Shown one piece after another: positions 1 through 9,733 of a DNA stretch of 25,737 bases. The stretch covers positions 1 through 25,737 of the IMG/VR virus record IMGVR_UViG_3300029893_000066; one strand, given 5' to 3'. Made by a program: the position numbers and the translations under genes. The notes below the pieces were generated by a model. It did no database searches. It saw only the letters and a list, made by a program, of their open reading frames with translations, and was not told the origin of the DNA. This stretch comes from a virus. The first letter of the stretch is position 1, and each line of letters begins with the position of its first letter.

Positions 1-1767
1 GGACCCGAGGGCCAGGGTGCCCTGCCCGGTGGTGGTCAGCATGCGCACGCTGACCGACTCGCCGAGGGCGTACTCGTTCGGCAGCTCTACGGCGGCCGGG
101 GCGTCGCCGCTGCCCAGGAAGATGACGCGCGTGTTGGACGCGATGGGCACCGGCACCGTGTCCATCATGCCGCGCTTGACGGTCAGCAGCGTGTCGGTGA
201 TGGACACGACCTGGACCAGCTCGCGGGTGCTGATCGCGCCCACGCCGATCGCGGCGACGTCGCCGACCTGGACCAGGTCGAGGTCGAGTCCGCCGGTGAT
301 GGCGAGCGCGGTGTCAGCCTGGCCGTACGCGGCCGAGATGACCGCCGTCGGGCAGAAGTTCGCCACCGCCTGCTGCTGGTAGCCTGCGCCCTCGTCTACG
401 TAGACTTGCGCGCTGTAGGCGGAGCCTCCGGGGTTCGTGCCGCCGACCATCATGTAGGACGAGGTCTGCGGCAGTGCCTGAGCGGCCGAGTCGCCGAGCG
501 TGCGGGCGATCATGTAGTATGGCGCCTCCGTCAGCAGGCGGAAGGGCACCGGCACCGGTGCGCCGATCGGGTTGGTCCACTCGCTCGGCGGCGGCGGCGA
601 GTAGATCGCACTCGACAGGGCGAACACGTCCTCCACGACGGACAGCTTGATGAGGTTGCTCGTCAGCTCGCCGAGCTCGATGTTGGTCACCCGGAAGACC
701 ACCTGCGAGATGCCGTACTCGGCCCACGCGAAGCGGAAGACGTCGCCGATGTTCAGGCTGGCGGCCTTGCGCGTGACGTACAGGGTGGCGGACGCGAGCG
801 GCGTGGACAGGGCCTTCAGGTCGCGGGCCGCCGCCTTGGTGGCGATCGTGCCGTTGGTGAAGCCGGGGTACTGGGAGGTCGTGCCGACGGTCGCGCCCTG
901 GCTTGCTGCCAGCGCGATGTCCTGCACGGTCACCGAGTTGTTCTTGCCGGTGGACTTGTCCCAGTAGACCACGCTAACCTGGTTGGTGAGCTCGGCCACG
1001 GTCGAGCGCTTGAAGTCCGTCACGCGCTCCACGACCGACTCGTCAAGCAGGAGCAGGGACGGGATGTTGTAGCCGCCGCGTGCCAGCTTGAGCACGAACT
1101 TGCCCGTGGCCCGGTCGGTGTACAGCGACCCATCGATGTGCCGCAGCACGATCGCCAGGAAGTCGGAGAGCTGCTGCTGCTTGTCCCAGAGGATGGACAT
1201 GCCCATGCCCTCGGAGTATAGCGTGTCGGCGGCAGTCGTGAAGGAGGCGTTGTCCACGTCGGCCTCGGGGTAGCCCATGCCCCAGTCCGGGTCGGTGAGG
1301 ACCTCGCGCAGGATGTGGGCCGGGTTCATGTCACCGCCGACGTCAGCCTTGGCGGAGTACCACTGCGCGATGCCATCCTGGCGGACAAGGATGCGGGTCG
1401 CGCGGATAGACCACCGCTTCAGGTAGGGGTTGTTGCCCAGGTAGCACTGCCGGAACACGAGCCCGAGCACGCGGCGGAAGGCCGGGATCGACGCGCCGAG
1501 CTGGCTCTGCAGGTAGGCGTTCCGCCCCTGCGTCGGTGTGCCCATCTCGATGTCGATCGTGCCCGACACGCCGCCCTCGCGCTCGTCGCCGCCAAACAGC
1601 TGCGGGGCGTTGACCGAGACGGCGCCGCCGGTGCTGGTGCCGCTCCAGGCGACCTTGCCGCCCACGCTGAACCGGGTGACCTTGTCCACCGGCCCGTGGC
1701 ACATGATGGCGTGCATGCCGAGGTAATACTTGTACCCTACGGTCTGCGCCTTGCTACGTCCGCCCAT
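1..1767 (-). CDS. Central tail tip/hub protein (large baseplate-hub/J-like tail protein), 3' end runs off the window
   Basis: Absent from the ORF track because it has no stop in the window. Read by hand from ATG at 1767 (GAGGAGG upstream): MGGRSKAQTVGYKYYLGMHAIMCHGPVD...LFGGDEREGGVSGTIDIEMG...NNPYLKRW...DMNPAHILREVLTDPDWGMG. The MNPAHI..E.LT...WG.G and LFGG..REGG motifs are typical of siphophage tail tip proteins. Position after the DUF2163-type gene fits. Confidence 0.88.
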   Translation of the reverse strand, partial: MGGRSKAQTVGYKYYLGMHAIMCHGPVDKVTRFSVGGKVAWSGTSTGGAVSVNAPQLFGGDEREGGVSGTIDIEMGTPTQGRNAYLQSQLGASIPAFRRVLGLVFRQCYLGNNPYLKRWSIRATRILVRQDGIAQWYSAKADVGGDMNPAHILREVLTDPDWGMGYPEADVDNASFTTAADTLYSEGMGMSILWDKQQQLSDFLAIVLRHIDGSLYTDRATGKFVLKLARGGYNIPSLLLLDESVVERVTDFKRSTVAELTNQVSVVYWDKSTGKNNSVTVQDIALAASQGATVGTTSQYPGFTNGTIATKAAARDLKALSTPLASATLYVTRKAASLNIGDVFRFAWAEYGISQVVFRVTNIELGELTSNLIKLSVVEDVFALSSAIYSPPPPSEWTNPIGAPVPVPFRLLTEAPYYMIARTLGDSAAQALPQTSSYMMVGGTNPGGSAYSAQVYVDEGAGYQQQAVANFCPTAVISAAYGQADTALAITGGLDLDLVQVGDVAAIGVGAISTRELVQVVSITDTLLTVKRGMMDTVPVPIASNTRVIFLGSGDAPAAVELPNEYALGESVSVRMLTTTGQGTLALGS

Positions 1768-1966
1768 TGCGAGCCTCCTCGATTGCTGCGAGGGCCATGC
1801 CGTCACCGGTGGCCCTCAGTTCGTCCTCTCCGATGCCGTCCCGCAGGAAGGCGCCGTAGTCCATGTTCCGCCGCGCGAAGAAGGCGCGAACGCCGCCGGA
1901 GCAGTAGCCCAGGCGGCGCAGGTCCTCCATCCGCACGACGACCTTGTCGTCCGTCTCCGTCGTCAC
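1754..1966 (-). CDS. Small tail assembly protein/chaperone (70 aa)
   Basis: GYCSGGVRAFFARRNMDYGAFLRDGI motif (C..G.R.FF.R...D...FL..GI) is typical of the small gene preceding the tail tip gene in this phage type. Overlaps both neighbours. Confidence 0.75.
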   Translation of the reverse strand: MTTETDDKVVVRMEDLRRLGYCSGGVRAFFARRNMDYGAFLRDGIGEDELRATGDGMALAAIEEARNGRT

Positions 1967-2193
1967 TTCTTGCCGCCCTTCTTATTGATCGGCACGGCGC
2001 GGAAGTGCCCGTACCAGACGATGTTGGGGCCCTCGAGGTCTCGCTCCCCGAACAGGACCGGAATCTCGCGGCCGACCTCGGCGGTCGGCGCCGTCACGTC
2101 GCCCAGGCCCGCCGGCTTGGCGTTCTCGGGCTTCGGCATCATCGAGTAGCTGACGACGAGCGCGACGATGAATACTACTATGTACCACCACAT
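1963..2193 (-). CDS. Small tail tip assembly protein (76 aa, hydrophobic N-terminus)
   Basis: Start moved to ATG 2193 behind AGGAGGT (2199-2205). MWWYIVVFIVALVVSYSMMPKP...PTAEVGREIPVLFG...GPNIVWYG; the PTA..G..IPVLFG and PN.VWYG motifs are characteristic. Confidence 0.8.
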   Translation of the reverse strand: MWWYIVVFIVALVVSYSMMPKPENAKPAGLGDVTAPTAEVGREIPVLFGERDLEGPNIVWYGHFRAVPINKKGGKK

Positions 2194-2203
2194 TGGAAAC
2201 CTC

Positions 2204-3016
2204 CTAGACGATCGAGCTGCCGTCGAACGGGTTCCTGGACGGAATCCAGGGGAATCCCCCGAAGTTGTCCAGGTTGTTGAACTTGGTGTCGCAGGTCGTC
2301 CGCAGGTGGTCGCAGCCCGGGTAGAGCTTGACCGTCTGCCCCGTGGCCAGGCTCGCGAGCGGCCTGGACAGGGTGACGACGCCGGACGCGTGGCCGACGA
2401 TGAAGCGGGACGAGTTGTCGGGGGCGACGAGGATGCCGCCGGTGAACCACCCGCCCGCGTAGATGCCGGCGACCCCTGCGACCTCGACATTGAGGCCGCC
2501 CGTCAGGGTCAGCACGGTGTTCTCGTGCTTGTAGAGCTCGCGGTTGACCCCGCAGCCACGGGCGTACAGGACGTGACGGCAGCCGTACTCGAACTTGGCC
2601 CGCAGGCCGGGGCGGCGGATGGACGTGTAGACCGGCTCGCACTCGAGCTCGACCTGGGAGTCCGTGGCCTTGGCGGAGAGCACACGGCCCTTCCAGTAGA
2701 CGACGTACTCGCCGTCCGGGTCGCCCCAGTGCCCGCGCATGATCGTGACCGTCGTTATCTCCTCGGGCGCGAAGCCTAGGAACTGCGAGGCGAACTCGTC
2801 GTCCCGCGGGAAGGTCAGCTTCATCCCGTTCTTGAAGATGTCGGTCGACTGCTTGACGCGGTCGCGCTTGATCGGGCTCGGCTTGTAGGTCTGCCCGAGG
2901 CGCACGATCTGGTCGGCGCCGCTGATGTAGTTCCAGCGCGAGAGGCCCTGGACGAACTCGTAGAGCTCGACCGGGGTTCCCTGCTGGACGGAGTTCTCGT
3001 AGGTTGCGTAGGTCAC
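2204..3016 (-). CDS. Tail tip protein, DUF2163/BR0599 family (lambda gpL-like, Cys-rich C-terminus)
   Basis: GTG start at 3016 with GAGGGAG upstream, 2 nt after the preceding stop. Contains C.H.LY..GCGV and C-terminal PGCDHLRTTCDTKFNNLDNFGGFPWIP, the signature of this family. Confidence 0.9.
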   Translation of the reverse strand: MTYATYENSVQQGTPVELYEFVQGLSRWNYISGADQIVRLGQTYKPSPIKRDRVKQSTDIFKNGMKLTFPRDDEFASQFLGFAPEEITTVTIMRGHWGDPDGEYVVYWKGRVLSAKATDSQVELECEPVYTSIRRPGLRAKFEYGCRHVLYARGCGVNRELYKHENTVLTLTGGLNVEVAGVAGIYAGGWFTGGILVAPDNSSRFIVGHASGVVTLSRPLASLATGQTVKLYPGCDHLRTTCDTKFNNLDNFGGFPWIPSRNPFDGSSIV

Positions 3017-3018
3017 GC

Positions 3019-4701
3019 TCAGTCTCCCTCGGGGACCTCGACCACGGCCACGGCGCAGCTCGCGCGCCCCGCGTAGTCGTGGTTGATGTCTGCGTTGTCG
3101 GTGTCCAGCCGGACGTGCTTCATGAAGCACACCAGGTCAATGTCCGCCACGGTGAAGGCGACGCCGAACGGGCCCGACATGGCGAGCACCTCGTTGCCGC
3201 TCGGGCCCGTGGAGGCCGACAGGACGCGGTTGAAGAGGATCGTCCCGTTGTTGAGGACGACCATGATGTCGGTGGTGCCGTAGTAGAGCGGGTAGCCGAT
3301 CGGGCGCACCGTGATGCTGGCCGCCGCGCTGCCGACGTTCTCCAGCAGCACGAGGTCGCGGTTCCAGCCCGGCAGCCAGAAGGTGCGCTGCTTGCCGCGG
3401 CGGGCGTGGAGCCACTTGCGCATCCGCCACACATCGGCGCGGCTCTGCGGGTCCATGCTGAGCACCTCGGTGCGGTCGGGGTACGCGCGCTCCTGGTCGA
3501 TGGTGACCGGGCCGGACCCGTTGTCGAAGACGTCCACGCCGCGAGTGATCTTCTCGGACATGTCTGAGAGGACGACGGAGCGGTCCGTCATCACGTCCTT
3601 GCCGCGGTACTGCGGGAGGCTGATCGACGCGCCTAGGTCCACGTTGTTGTTCACCAGGAATGCCAGGCGGGCCCGGGTGACAGTGTGCGCCATGCGGCTG
3701 AACTCGGTGCCCCGGAGCGTCCTGGCGAACCGGAGTGGCATCACGAACGCGTTCGAGTATGACCGATCGAGCGGCAGCTTCAGCGTGATGCTACCGGCCG
3801 TCAGCGTGGTGGTCTCGGCCGCCACGAACTTCTCGTCGTTCTCCCACACCAGCACGATGTCGTTGGCGCGATAGTCGGCGTTGGTTGTGTCGAACGCGAT
3901 GGACGTGATGCCCGCGAGCAGGTTGCCCACACGGGTCGACTCGGACCAGATGGGGGCGCCGTAGACGCGGTGCGCCCACTGGGTGCTGATCGCCTTGGCC
4001 CGCGAGTACTGCTGCTGATCGAGCTGGAAGTCGTACTGCAGGGTCTGGCGTGGCGCCGCGCGGAGCGCCAGGCGCTGCTCGGCCGAGTAGGCCTGCATGA
4101 CGTCCGTCCGCCACTGCAGCTGCTCGCGGAACTTGGTCTGCGGCACGAAGGGCCACACAACTACGCGGCGGCCGGTAATGCGCAGAGTGGGAGTCTCACC
4201 AGGGAAGTGGAACTCATACCCGCCATCGATGACCGGTGCGCCATTCATCGAGATGGACAGAGTGTAGACCCGCGACCCCAGCGCTTTGAAAGTCGTCGGA
4301 GCCGGGGCGGGTTCGGCCAGGTCGATGCCATCAAGACCCACATCCGTGATGCTGGAGAGCAGCTTGCCGACAAAGTAGGCGTTCCACACTTCCACCTGAC
4401 GCGTCTGGCTTGACAGCAAGTTGCCCAGGTCAATAACGCCAGGACGCACGTGGATGCGGTAGTAGTAGTCGTCAAGGAAGGTGGGCATGCGCCACGCCTG
4501 CACGGCTGCGCGCGGCTCGACGTCGATCGGCAGGTTGTTCGTGACTGCCGCCACATAGGCGGAGTCGCCCATGGTCCTAGGATCGCGGAACGGGTAGCTC
4601 CAGTCGTAGTTGGGCAGCTCGGTTATGCCTGGCGCCTCGTTCGGCTGCGGCTGGCGCCGCTCCGCGAAGTCGACAAGCCCGAGGGTGGTCACTACCGCCA
4701 T
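3019..4701 (-). CDS. Tail structural/assembly protein (560 aa, distal-tail-like)
   Basis: Long ORF in the tail operon; W.TDV......EQR.ALR..PRQ and WLHARRGKQRTFWLP motifs resemble distal tail proteins of siphophages. Confidence 0.75.
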   Translation of the reverse strand: MAVVTTLGLVDFAERRQPQPNEAPGITELPNYDWSYPFRDPRTMGDSAYVAAVTNNLPIDVEPRAAVQAWRMPTFLDDYYYRIHVRPGVIDLGNLLSSQTRQVEVWNAYFVGKLLSSITDVGLDGIDLAEPAPAPTTFKALGSRVYTLSISMNGAPVIDGGYEFHFPGETPTLRITGRRVVVWPFVPQTKFREQLQWRTDVMQAYSAEQRLALRAAPRQTLQYDFQLDQQQYSRAKAISTQWAHRVYGAPIWSESTRVGNLLAGITSIAFDTTNADYRANDIVLVWENDEKFVAAETTTLTAGSITLKLPLDRSYSNAFVMPLRFARTLRGTEFSRMAHTVTRARLAFLVNNNVDLGASISLPQYRGKDVMTDRSVVLSDMSEKITRGVDVFDNGSGPVTIDQERAYPDRTEVLSMDPQSRADVWRMRKWLHARRGKQRTFWLPGWNRDLVLLENVGSAAASITVRPIGYPLYYGTTDIMVVLNNGTILFNRVLSASTGPSGNEVLAMSGPFGVAFTVADIDLVCFMKHVRLDTDNADINHDYAGRASCAVAVVEVPEGD

Positions 4702-4702
4702 G

Positions 4703-5704
4703 TCAGGTCACCTTCTTGTAGGCGATGCCGCGCTGGAAGCTGCGGCCGCCCTTCTGGTACCACGGGAAGACCTTCCACGTGTCCGAGCCAAGCGTGAACT
4801 CGTCGCCGGGCAGGTAGTTGGTCATGTCCATGAAGCGGATGCCCGGCACGACGCCGAGCGGGTGCAGGTATACGTCCGCGCGGTTCACCGAGACCACGTT
4901 CGGTGTCAGGATGCCGACGCCGTTCAGCGGGTTTGGCGACGAGTCCCGCAGAATCTTGTCGTGCACGCCGCCGCCCTGGCAGGACTGCGGCGTCACAGCC
5001 GCGGAGCCCGCACGTTGGGAGCTGGCCCAGTTGTCGAATGAGTCGAAGGCGCAGCGCACAAGCGAGCCTACCCGGGTGCCGGTGCAGTCTATGTCGGCAC
5101 CGCGGAACGGCACCTCCTCGAGGGCGATCGAGGTGTTGTCAATCTCGGCGCCGAGCCACGAGCCCCAGGCGGTCGAGTTGGTCACCGACGCGTCGCCGCC
5201 GGTCGCGTAGAAGAAGCGGCCGCCGCCGGCCGAGCCGGAGTTGAACAGGTCCAGCGAGCCGAAGCCGAAGCGCTGGAACGCGCCGGTCGTCACCTCTATC
5301 TCCATGTAGATGGTCTTGCTGTCCGGGGCAAACAGGTAGTACGACGGGAAGGGCCCGGTGCTGGTCACGAAGGGCACGTGGCTGGCCCACTGGTCCGAGC
5401 CGGCCGTGCCGCCCGTGCGGATCGGGTAGCCGGGCTGGCGGTCCCAGGGGGCGCCTGAGGCGTACCCGTCCGAGCCGTTGATGGAGATGCCGTGGCGCTG
5501 GGTCCGGTTCCGGCCGTTGTTGAAGACGGTCTCGTTCTGGTAGGAGCGCATGTTGTAGTAGGCACTGCCCTTCGACAGGCAGAGCTCGCGGCCGGAGCCG
5601 ACGGTCACCCAGCGGTTGATAGCCCAGCCCTGCGCGATCGCGAAGAGGCGCAGCTTGTCCAGCAGGTCATTGGGGCCAGTGGAGGCCCCGGTCTCGTATG
5701 CCAT
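4703..5704 (-). CDS. Virion structural (tail) protein, 333 aa
   Basis: Tightly packed in the tail operon. Gly/aromatic-rich beta protein whose N- and C-termini resemble those of the upstream 505-aa protein. Confidence 0.75.
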   Translation of the reverse strand: MAYETGASTGPNDLLDKLRLFAIAQGWAINRWVTVGSGRELCLSKGSAYYNMRSYQNETVFNNGRNRTQRHGISINGSDGYASGAPWDRQPGYPIRTGGTAGSDQWASHVPFVTSTGPFPSYYLFAPDSKTIYMEIEVTTGAFQRFGFGSLDLFNSGSAGGGRFFYATGGDASVTNSTAWGSWLGAEIDNTSIALEEVPFRGADIDCTGTRVGSLVRCAFDSFDNWASSQRAGSAAVTPQSCQGGGVHDKILRDSSPNPLNGVGILTPNVVSVNRADVYLHPLGVVPGIRFMDMTNYLPGDEFTLGSDTWKVFPWYQKGGRSFQRGIAYKKVT

Positions 5705-5717
5705 TGTCTTTCCCCTA

Positions 5718-7235
5718 TCAGTCGAGTGCCATTGCCCAGTACTCGTGCACCTCGGTGCGCGTCACGTTCTGGAAGATGACGTAGTTCTTGCCGGCGAAGG
5801 TCGTGGTGTTCTCGGCGGCGTTCGAGAAGCCCGAGATGGCCATGCAGCCCTCGAGCTCGCCCCACACAGCGTCCGTCGGATGGCGCTGGTGCAGGATGAG
5901 CGGCTGCAGCAGGTAGCCGCCGCCGAGCACCTCGCGGTAGTCGCGCCGAGGCGCCCCGGCGCCGCCGTTGCGCACCGAGGTGGGCCACACGCCGGCACGC
6001 AAGCCAAAGCGCGTGAACGGGGAAGACATGGTCTGCGTCATCTCAATTATGGCGTTCGTGCCGCGTATATCGTAGCGCTGGCCGAAGTTGTTCCAGGTGC
6101 CGTCTGGCAGGCGCAGGTAGAGCCCGGAGGCCTGCAGCGCCTCGTTGTCACTCCACAAGGCCGGGATGGGGAACACGCTGTGCCGGTAGTGCGCGTAGGA
6201 GTAGCGCCACGGGGTCGAGCGGTCGAGGCTCTCCGGTATCAGGGAGCCGCCGACGGCCAGCGGGTACGGGTACTGCGACGGGGTTGCGTAGGGCAGTATG
6301 AACCCGAGGTATCCTCCCTCGAAGGACGTGGAGACCTTCACGCCAAAGCTGAAGCTGCGGCCGTTCGCACGGAACCAGTACGGCATCGCCGAGTTCCAGC
6401 ACGGGACCATTGGCACGTCGAGCGCAGTCGTGGCGAACCAGTTGTTCAGCGCGCCGGGCTGGTTGAAGAAGCTGGTCTCGTTCGGGTCGTAGCCCGTGTA
6501 GCCGTTCAGAAAGAGGTTGTACCAGCCGTTCGCGGCGTCGTACTCCGAGCGGATGCCGGTGTAGATGGCGTCGGTGCCGGACGTGCCAGTCGCCTTGAGC
6601 AGCACCTCGCTGCCGAAGTGGTTCGCGACGTCGCCGCCGGCGTCGAGCAGCAGCAGGCTCTTCCAGCGGATCGAGCCCGTGGCCCCACCGTCCTGGCGGC
6701 GATCGATGATGACACGCCAGTACAGGTGTGACCCCGGGGTGCCGGGCACCGCGAAGTCGCGCGTCTGGTCCATGATGTACGCGGGGTTGCTGCTGACCGT
6801 CAGGGCCGTGGTCCAGGTCGAGTTGTCGTCCGAGTACTGGAGCCTGAAGTTCTGCAGCATGCTAGTGTTGCCGGCCGCGTCGTTCGGCGAGCGCAGGCGG
6901 ACCGTCGCGATGGCCTTGGCAGCCTTAAGCGTTATGGTAACCTGGCTGGTGCCGGCAACATAGCTCGTGCAGGTCGTGGCACCGGTCGTGGAGTTGTTTG
7001 GCGCGTCAGAGCCGATGGATCGCGGCTCGTACCGGAAGCTGTGCAGGATACGCCGGTCTGCGTACGTGGCGCTCTCCACCAGGTTGGTGGTGATGCCCGC
7101 CACGTTGTCGCGGTATTGGCGGAGCACCTGCCACTGCTGGCTCGCCGCGACGAGCGCGGCGTTGGTAGTCAGGAAGCTCACGATCTTCCCGAACAAGTCC
7201 TCCAGGTTGGACGCGGTGCCTACCTCATTTGCCAT
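5718..7235 (-). CDS. Virion structural (tail) protein, 505 aa, with a putative discoidin/F5-8 type C-like insert
   Basis: AGGAG RBS; directly follows the tape measure gene. Internal segment FRLQYSDDNSTWT...HLYWRVII resembles a galactose-binding-like fold. Confidence 0.75.
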   Translation of the reverse strand: MANEVGTASNLEDLFGKIVSFLTTNAALVAASQQWQVLRQYRDNVAGITTNLVESATYADRRILHSFRYEPRSIGSDAPNNSTTGATTCTSYVAGTSQVTITLKAAKAIATVRLRSPNDAAGNTSMLQNFRLQYSDDNSTWTTALTVSSNPAYIMDQTRDFAVPGTPGSHLYWRVIIDRRQDGGATGSIRWKSLLLLDAGGDVANHFGSEVLLKATGTSGTDAIYTGIRSEYDAANGWYNLFLNGYTGYDPNETSFFNQPGALNNWFATTALDVPMVPCWNSAMPYWFRANGRSFSFGVKVSTSFEGGYLGFILPYATPSQYPYPLAVGGSLIPESLDRSTPWRYSYAHYRHSVFPIPALWSDNEALQASGLYLRLPDGTWNNFGQRYDIRGTNAIIEMTQTMSSPFTRFGLRAGVWPTSVRNGGAGAPRRDYREVLGGGYLLQPLILHQRHPTDAVWGELEGCMAISGFSNAAENTTTFAGKNYVIFQNVTRTEVHEYWAMALD

Positions 7236-7249
7236 CTCTATTCTCCTAA

Positions 7250-9733
7250 TCAGTATCCCAGCGATTGCTGGTTGCGTTGCACCACGTTCATGATGAGCTT
7301 CTCGCCTTCATCCGTGCCAAGGTAGTCGCCCACCAGACTCGGGTCGAGCACGTTGATGTTCCGGACATTCACCTGCGCCGGTGCTGCCGCAGGAGCTTGT
7401 CCACCGTCAGGATAGGTACGGCTGGACAGTTCACGCCCACGCACCGACGCCGGACCACTCACCAGCTCAGGACCATACTCACCTACGATGCCAATCTTGC
7501 CAGCAGGAATCTGGCCGCCTTGGTCGTAGGCGCCAGAGAACTGCGAGCCGTTAATCTGGGAGACGATCGACGCGCCTGTGGCTGCCACGCGAGCCATCTC
7601 AGCCAGGTTGGCCGGGAAGCCCAACTCTTGGGCTTTGGCGAGACCTGTCGAGATGGACATGGCGGCCTGAGCGACGCTGAACGCCTTACTCACAGCGAAT
7701 AGTGCCCTGTATGCCTTCGATTGCTCGCCAGCATACCCCTTTGCCAGTCCTGCAAGGCCGTCGAACAGAGTCGCAGCACCTTGGAGCTGGGTCTGGATGC
7801 GCTGCGTTTCCATCGCAGCCTGTTCATCGGTGAACCGCTGCTGCAGACGACGCAGGAGGTCCTGACGCTCGGTCTCCGTCACTGCCTCGCTCTCCAGGAT
7901 TAGAGCCTTCTTGCGTTCATAAGACTGGCGAAGCGATTCCTCTTCCGTGAGGAGGGAGTTGTATAGGCTGTCCCTCTCTGCTTGCCGCTGTTTCTCGATG
8001 TCGGCCAGGGCCTTGGTACGATCCTCTGCAGTCCGAGCTTCCAAGTCGGTGCGCAGCTGAGAACCTTCCTCAGTGTTCTTGCGGATAATCTCCATCCGCT
8101 TGTCGTAGGACTCCTGGATGACCTCTTCCTGGGTACGCAGCGAGGAGCGCAAGCCTTCCAGCTCGGCGCCACGCTCATCTTCCAGCTTCTTGAGTTGCTC
8201 TGCCCGATCAGCGTCAAGACGCTTCATCAGGTCAATGCGGAGTTCGCTGCCTGCTTTGGTGTTCGCCTCAATGATCGCCTTGCGCTTCTCATAGGAGGCC
8301 GCGATGGACTCCTCTTCAGTACGCAGAGACTCCTGCAGAGACTTGAACTCGTTCTCTTGTTGCTTGCGCTTCTGTTCGGCCGCTTTGGCGGCAGCCTTGT
8401 CAACGGAGTCACTCGGCTTGGACGACCTACCCACCTTGTACTGGGCCAGGCGGTCAGTGCCTGCGTTGGCCTTCTTCTTAGCCTCAGCTGCGGCATCATA
8501 CTCGGCACGAAGACGAGAGGCTGCTGCCACCTGGTCATCGCGGGCCTTGACAGAAGCATCGCGTTCCTGCAGGGCTGCATCCAAGCTATCCAACCGCGCG
8601 GACTGGATGGCCTTCAAGCGATTCTCCAACCGCCGGCCGACGCCGGCAACCGTGTCATCGTTGAAGATGGCCGCAACGCCATCCTTGAAGGCGCCAGCGT
8701 AGGCCCTCACACGGGCAAGGCCGGCTGCGACCTCCACCGTCATGATCTGGATGAAGGCACGAACGGTGGAAGGCAGGTTCTTGAAGGCACCAATCAGGGA
8801 GTCTACGGCTCCCTTGCCTTCGTCTTCCCACTCGCCGAAGCTGTCCTTGAGGAACTTGGTGACAATCTCGACGGTGCGCTCAATGTCATTACCCCAGGTG
8901 TCAAACTGCACCGTGATGGACTTCAGGTAAGCCTCTAGCTCACCCGATGCGAGCATGTCGTTCAGCTCCTGGAGTGCATCCGTCGCGAGCCGTACGGCTG
9001 CCTCGATTGCATCGCCCACGCCGCTCTGAGACACGTTGCGGAAGAGAGCATCCCAGGTGTCGCCCAGGTTGGCGATGGCGCCGTCCAGGGTATCCATCCG
9101 GCGCTCCATAGCACCGGCAAACTGGTTTTCACCCAGAGCTGTCAGGTACTGTTCAATCTCAGAGGCGTTGTTCCCGATGGTCGTCTTGACCCCCTGGAAC
9201 GTGAAGGTGACCTTGCCCCCCTCCTGCTTGGCCTTGATACCGAATTCTTTCAACCGCTCGAACTCACCAGTGGCAGCATCGGCCACCGCTTCGATCATTT
9301 GGTTGAGGCCTTTGCCCATCGCACTGGCAGTGTTGCCGTACGACATGAGGGCGCGCTCACTTGGCGTGAGGCCCAGGTTGACCAGCTTGGTGAATCCCTC
9401 GACCGCCTGGTTGAGGTCATACGGTGTCTTCTGAGCGAAGTCTGATAACGCCTCAAACGCTTGCGCGGCCTTCTCGCTAGAACCGGTCGCGGTGACCAGA
9501 CCAGCGTTCAGGACGTCAAACTCGCGTTGGACACTCACCAGCTTGGAAAGAGCTGCGCCCGCTGACCCGACAGCGGTCAGCGGGCGCAGCAGCTTGGAGA
9601 AGGCTCCGGTCAAGCCGGATGTGGCGCGCTCGGCTGAGCCGCCGGAGGACGAAAGCCCCCTCAGGCGCCGGTCAGCTTCCGACACCTGCAGGGACTCTAC
9701 GCGAATTGCTAGGCTAGCTACGTCGGTTGCCAT
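7250..9733 (-). CDS. Tail tape measure protein (827 aa)
   Basis: Ala-rich helical protein with tape-measure domain motifs (FAQKTPYDL, AVADAATGEFERLKEFGIKA) and C-terminal GAYDQGGQIPAGKIGIVGEYGPELV. Lies directly after the chaperone pair. Confidence 0.95.
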   Translation of the reverse strand: MATDVASLAIRVESLQVSEADRRLRGLSSSGGSAERATSGLTGAFSKLLRPLTAVGSAGAALSKLVSVQREFDVLNAGLVTATGSSEKAAQAFEALSDFAQKTPYDLNQAVEGFTKLVNLGLTPSERALMSYGNTASAMGKGLNQMIEAVADAATGEFERLKEFGIKAKQEGGKVTFTFQGVKTTIGNNASEIEQYLTALGENQFAGAMERRMDTLDGAIANLGDTWDALFRNVSQSGVGDAIEAAVRLATDALQELNDMLASGELEAYLKSITVQFDTWGNDIERTVEIVTKFLKDSFGEWEDEGKGAVDSLIGAFKNLPSTVRAFIQIMTVEVAAGLARVRAYAGAFKDGVAAIFNDDTVAGVGRRLENRLKAIQSARLDSLDAALQERDASVKARDDQVAAASRLRAEYDAAAEAKKKANAGTDRLAQYKVGRSSKPSDSVDKAAAKAAEQKRKQQENEFKSLQESLRTEEESIAASYEKRKAIIEANTKAGSELRIDLMKRLDADRAEQLKKLEDERGAELEGLRSSLRTQEEVIQESYDKRMEIIRKNTEEGSQLRTDLEARTAEDRTKALADIEKQRQAERDSLYNSLLTEEESLRQSYERKKALILESEAVTETERQDLLRRLQQRFTDEQAAMETQRIQTQLQGAATLFDGLAGLAKGYAGEQSKAYRALFAVSKAFSVAQAAMSISTGLAKAQELGFPANLAEMARVAATGASIVSQINGSQFSGAYDQGGQIPAGKIGIVGEYGPELVSGPASVRGRELSSRTYPDGGQAPAAAPAQVNVRNINVLDPSLVGDYLGTDEGEKLIMNVVQRNQQSLGY

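Noticed and set aside
2204..3016. Possible metabolic enzyme call (this family is often labelled FAD/FMN-containing dehydrogenase)
   Set aside because: No nucleotide-binding motif; the Cys pattern and gene context indicate a tail tip protein.
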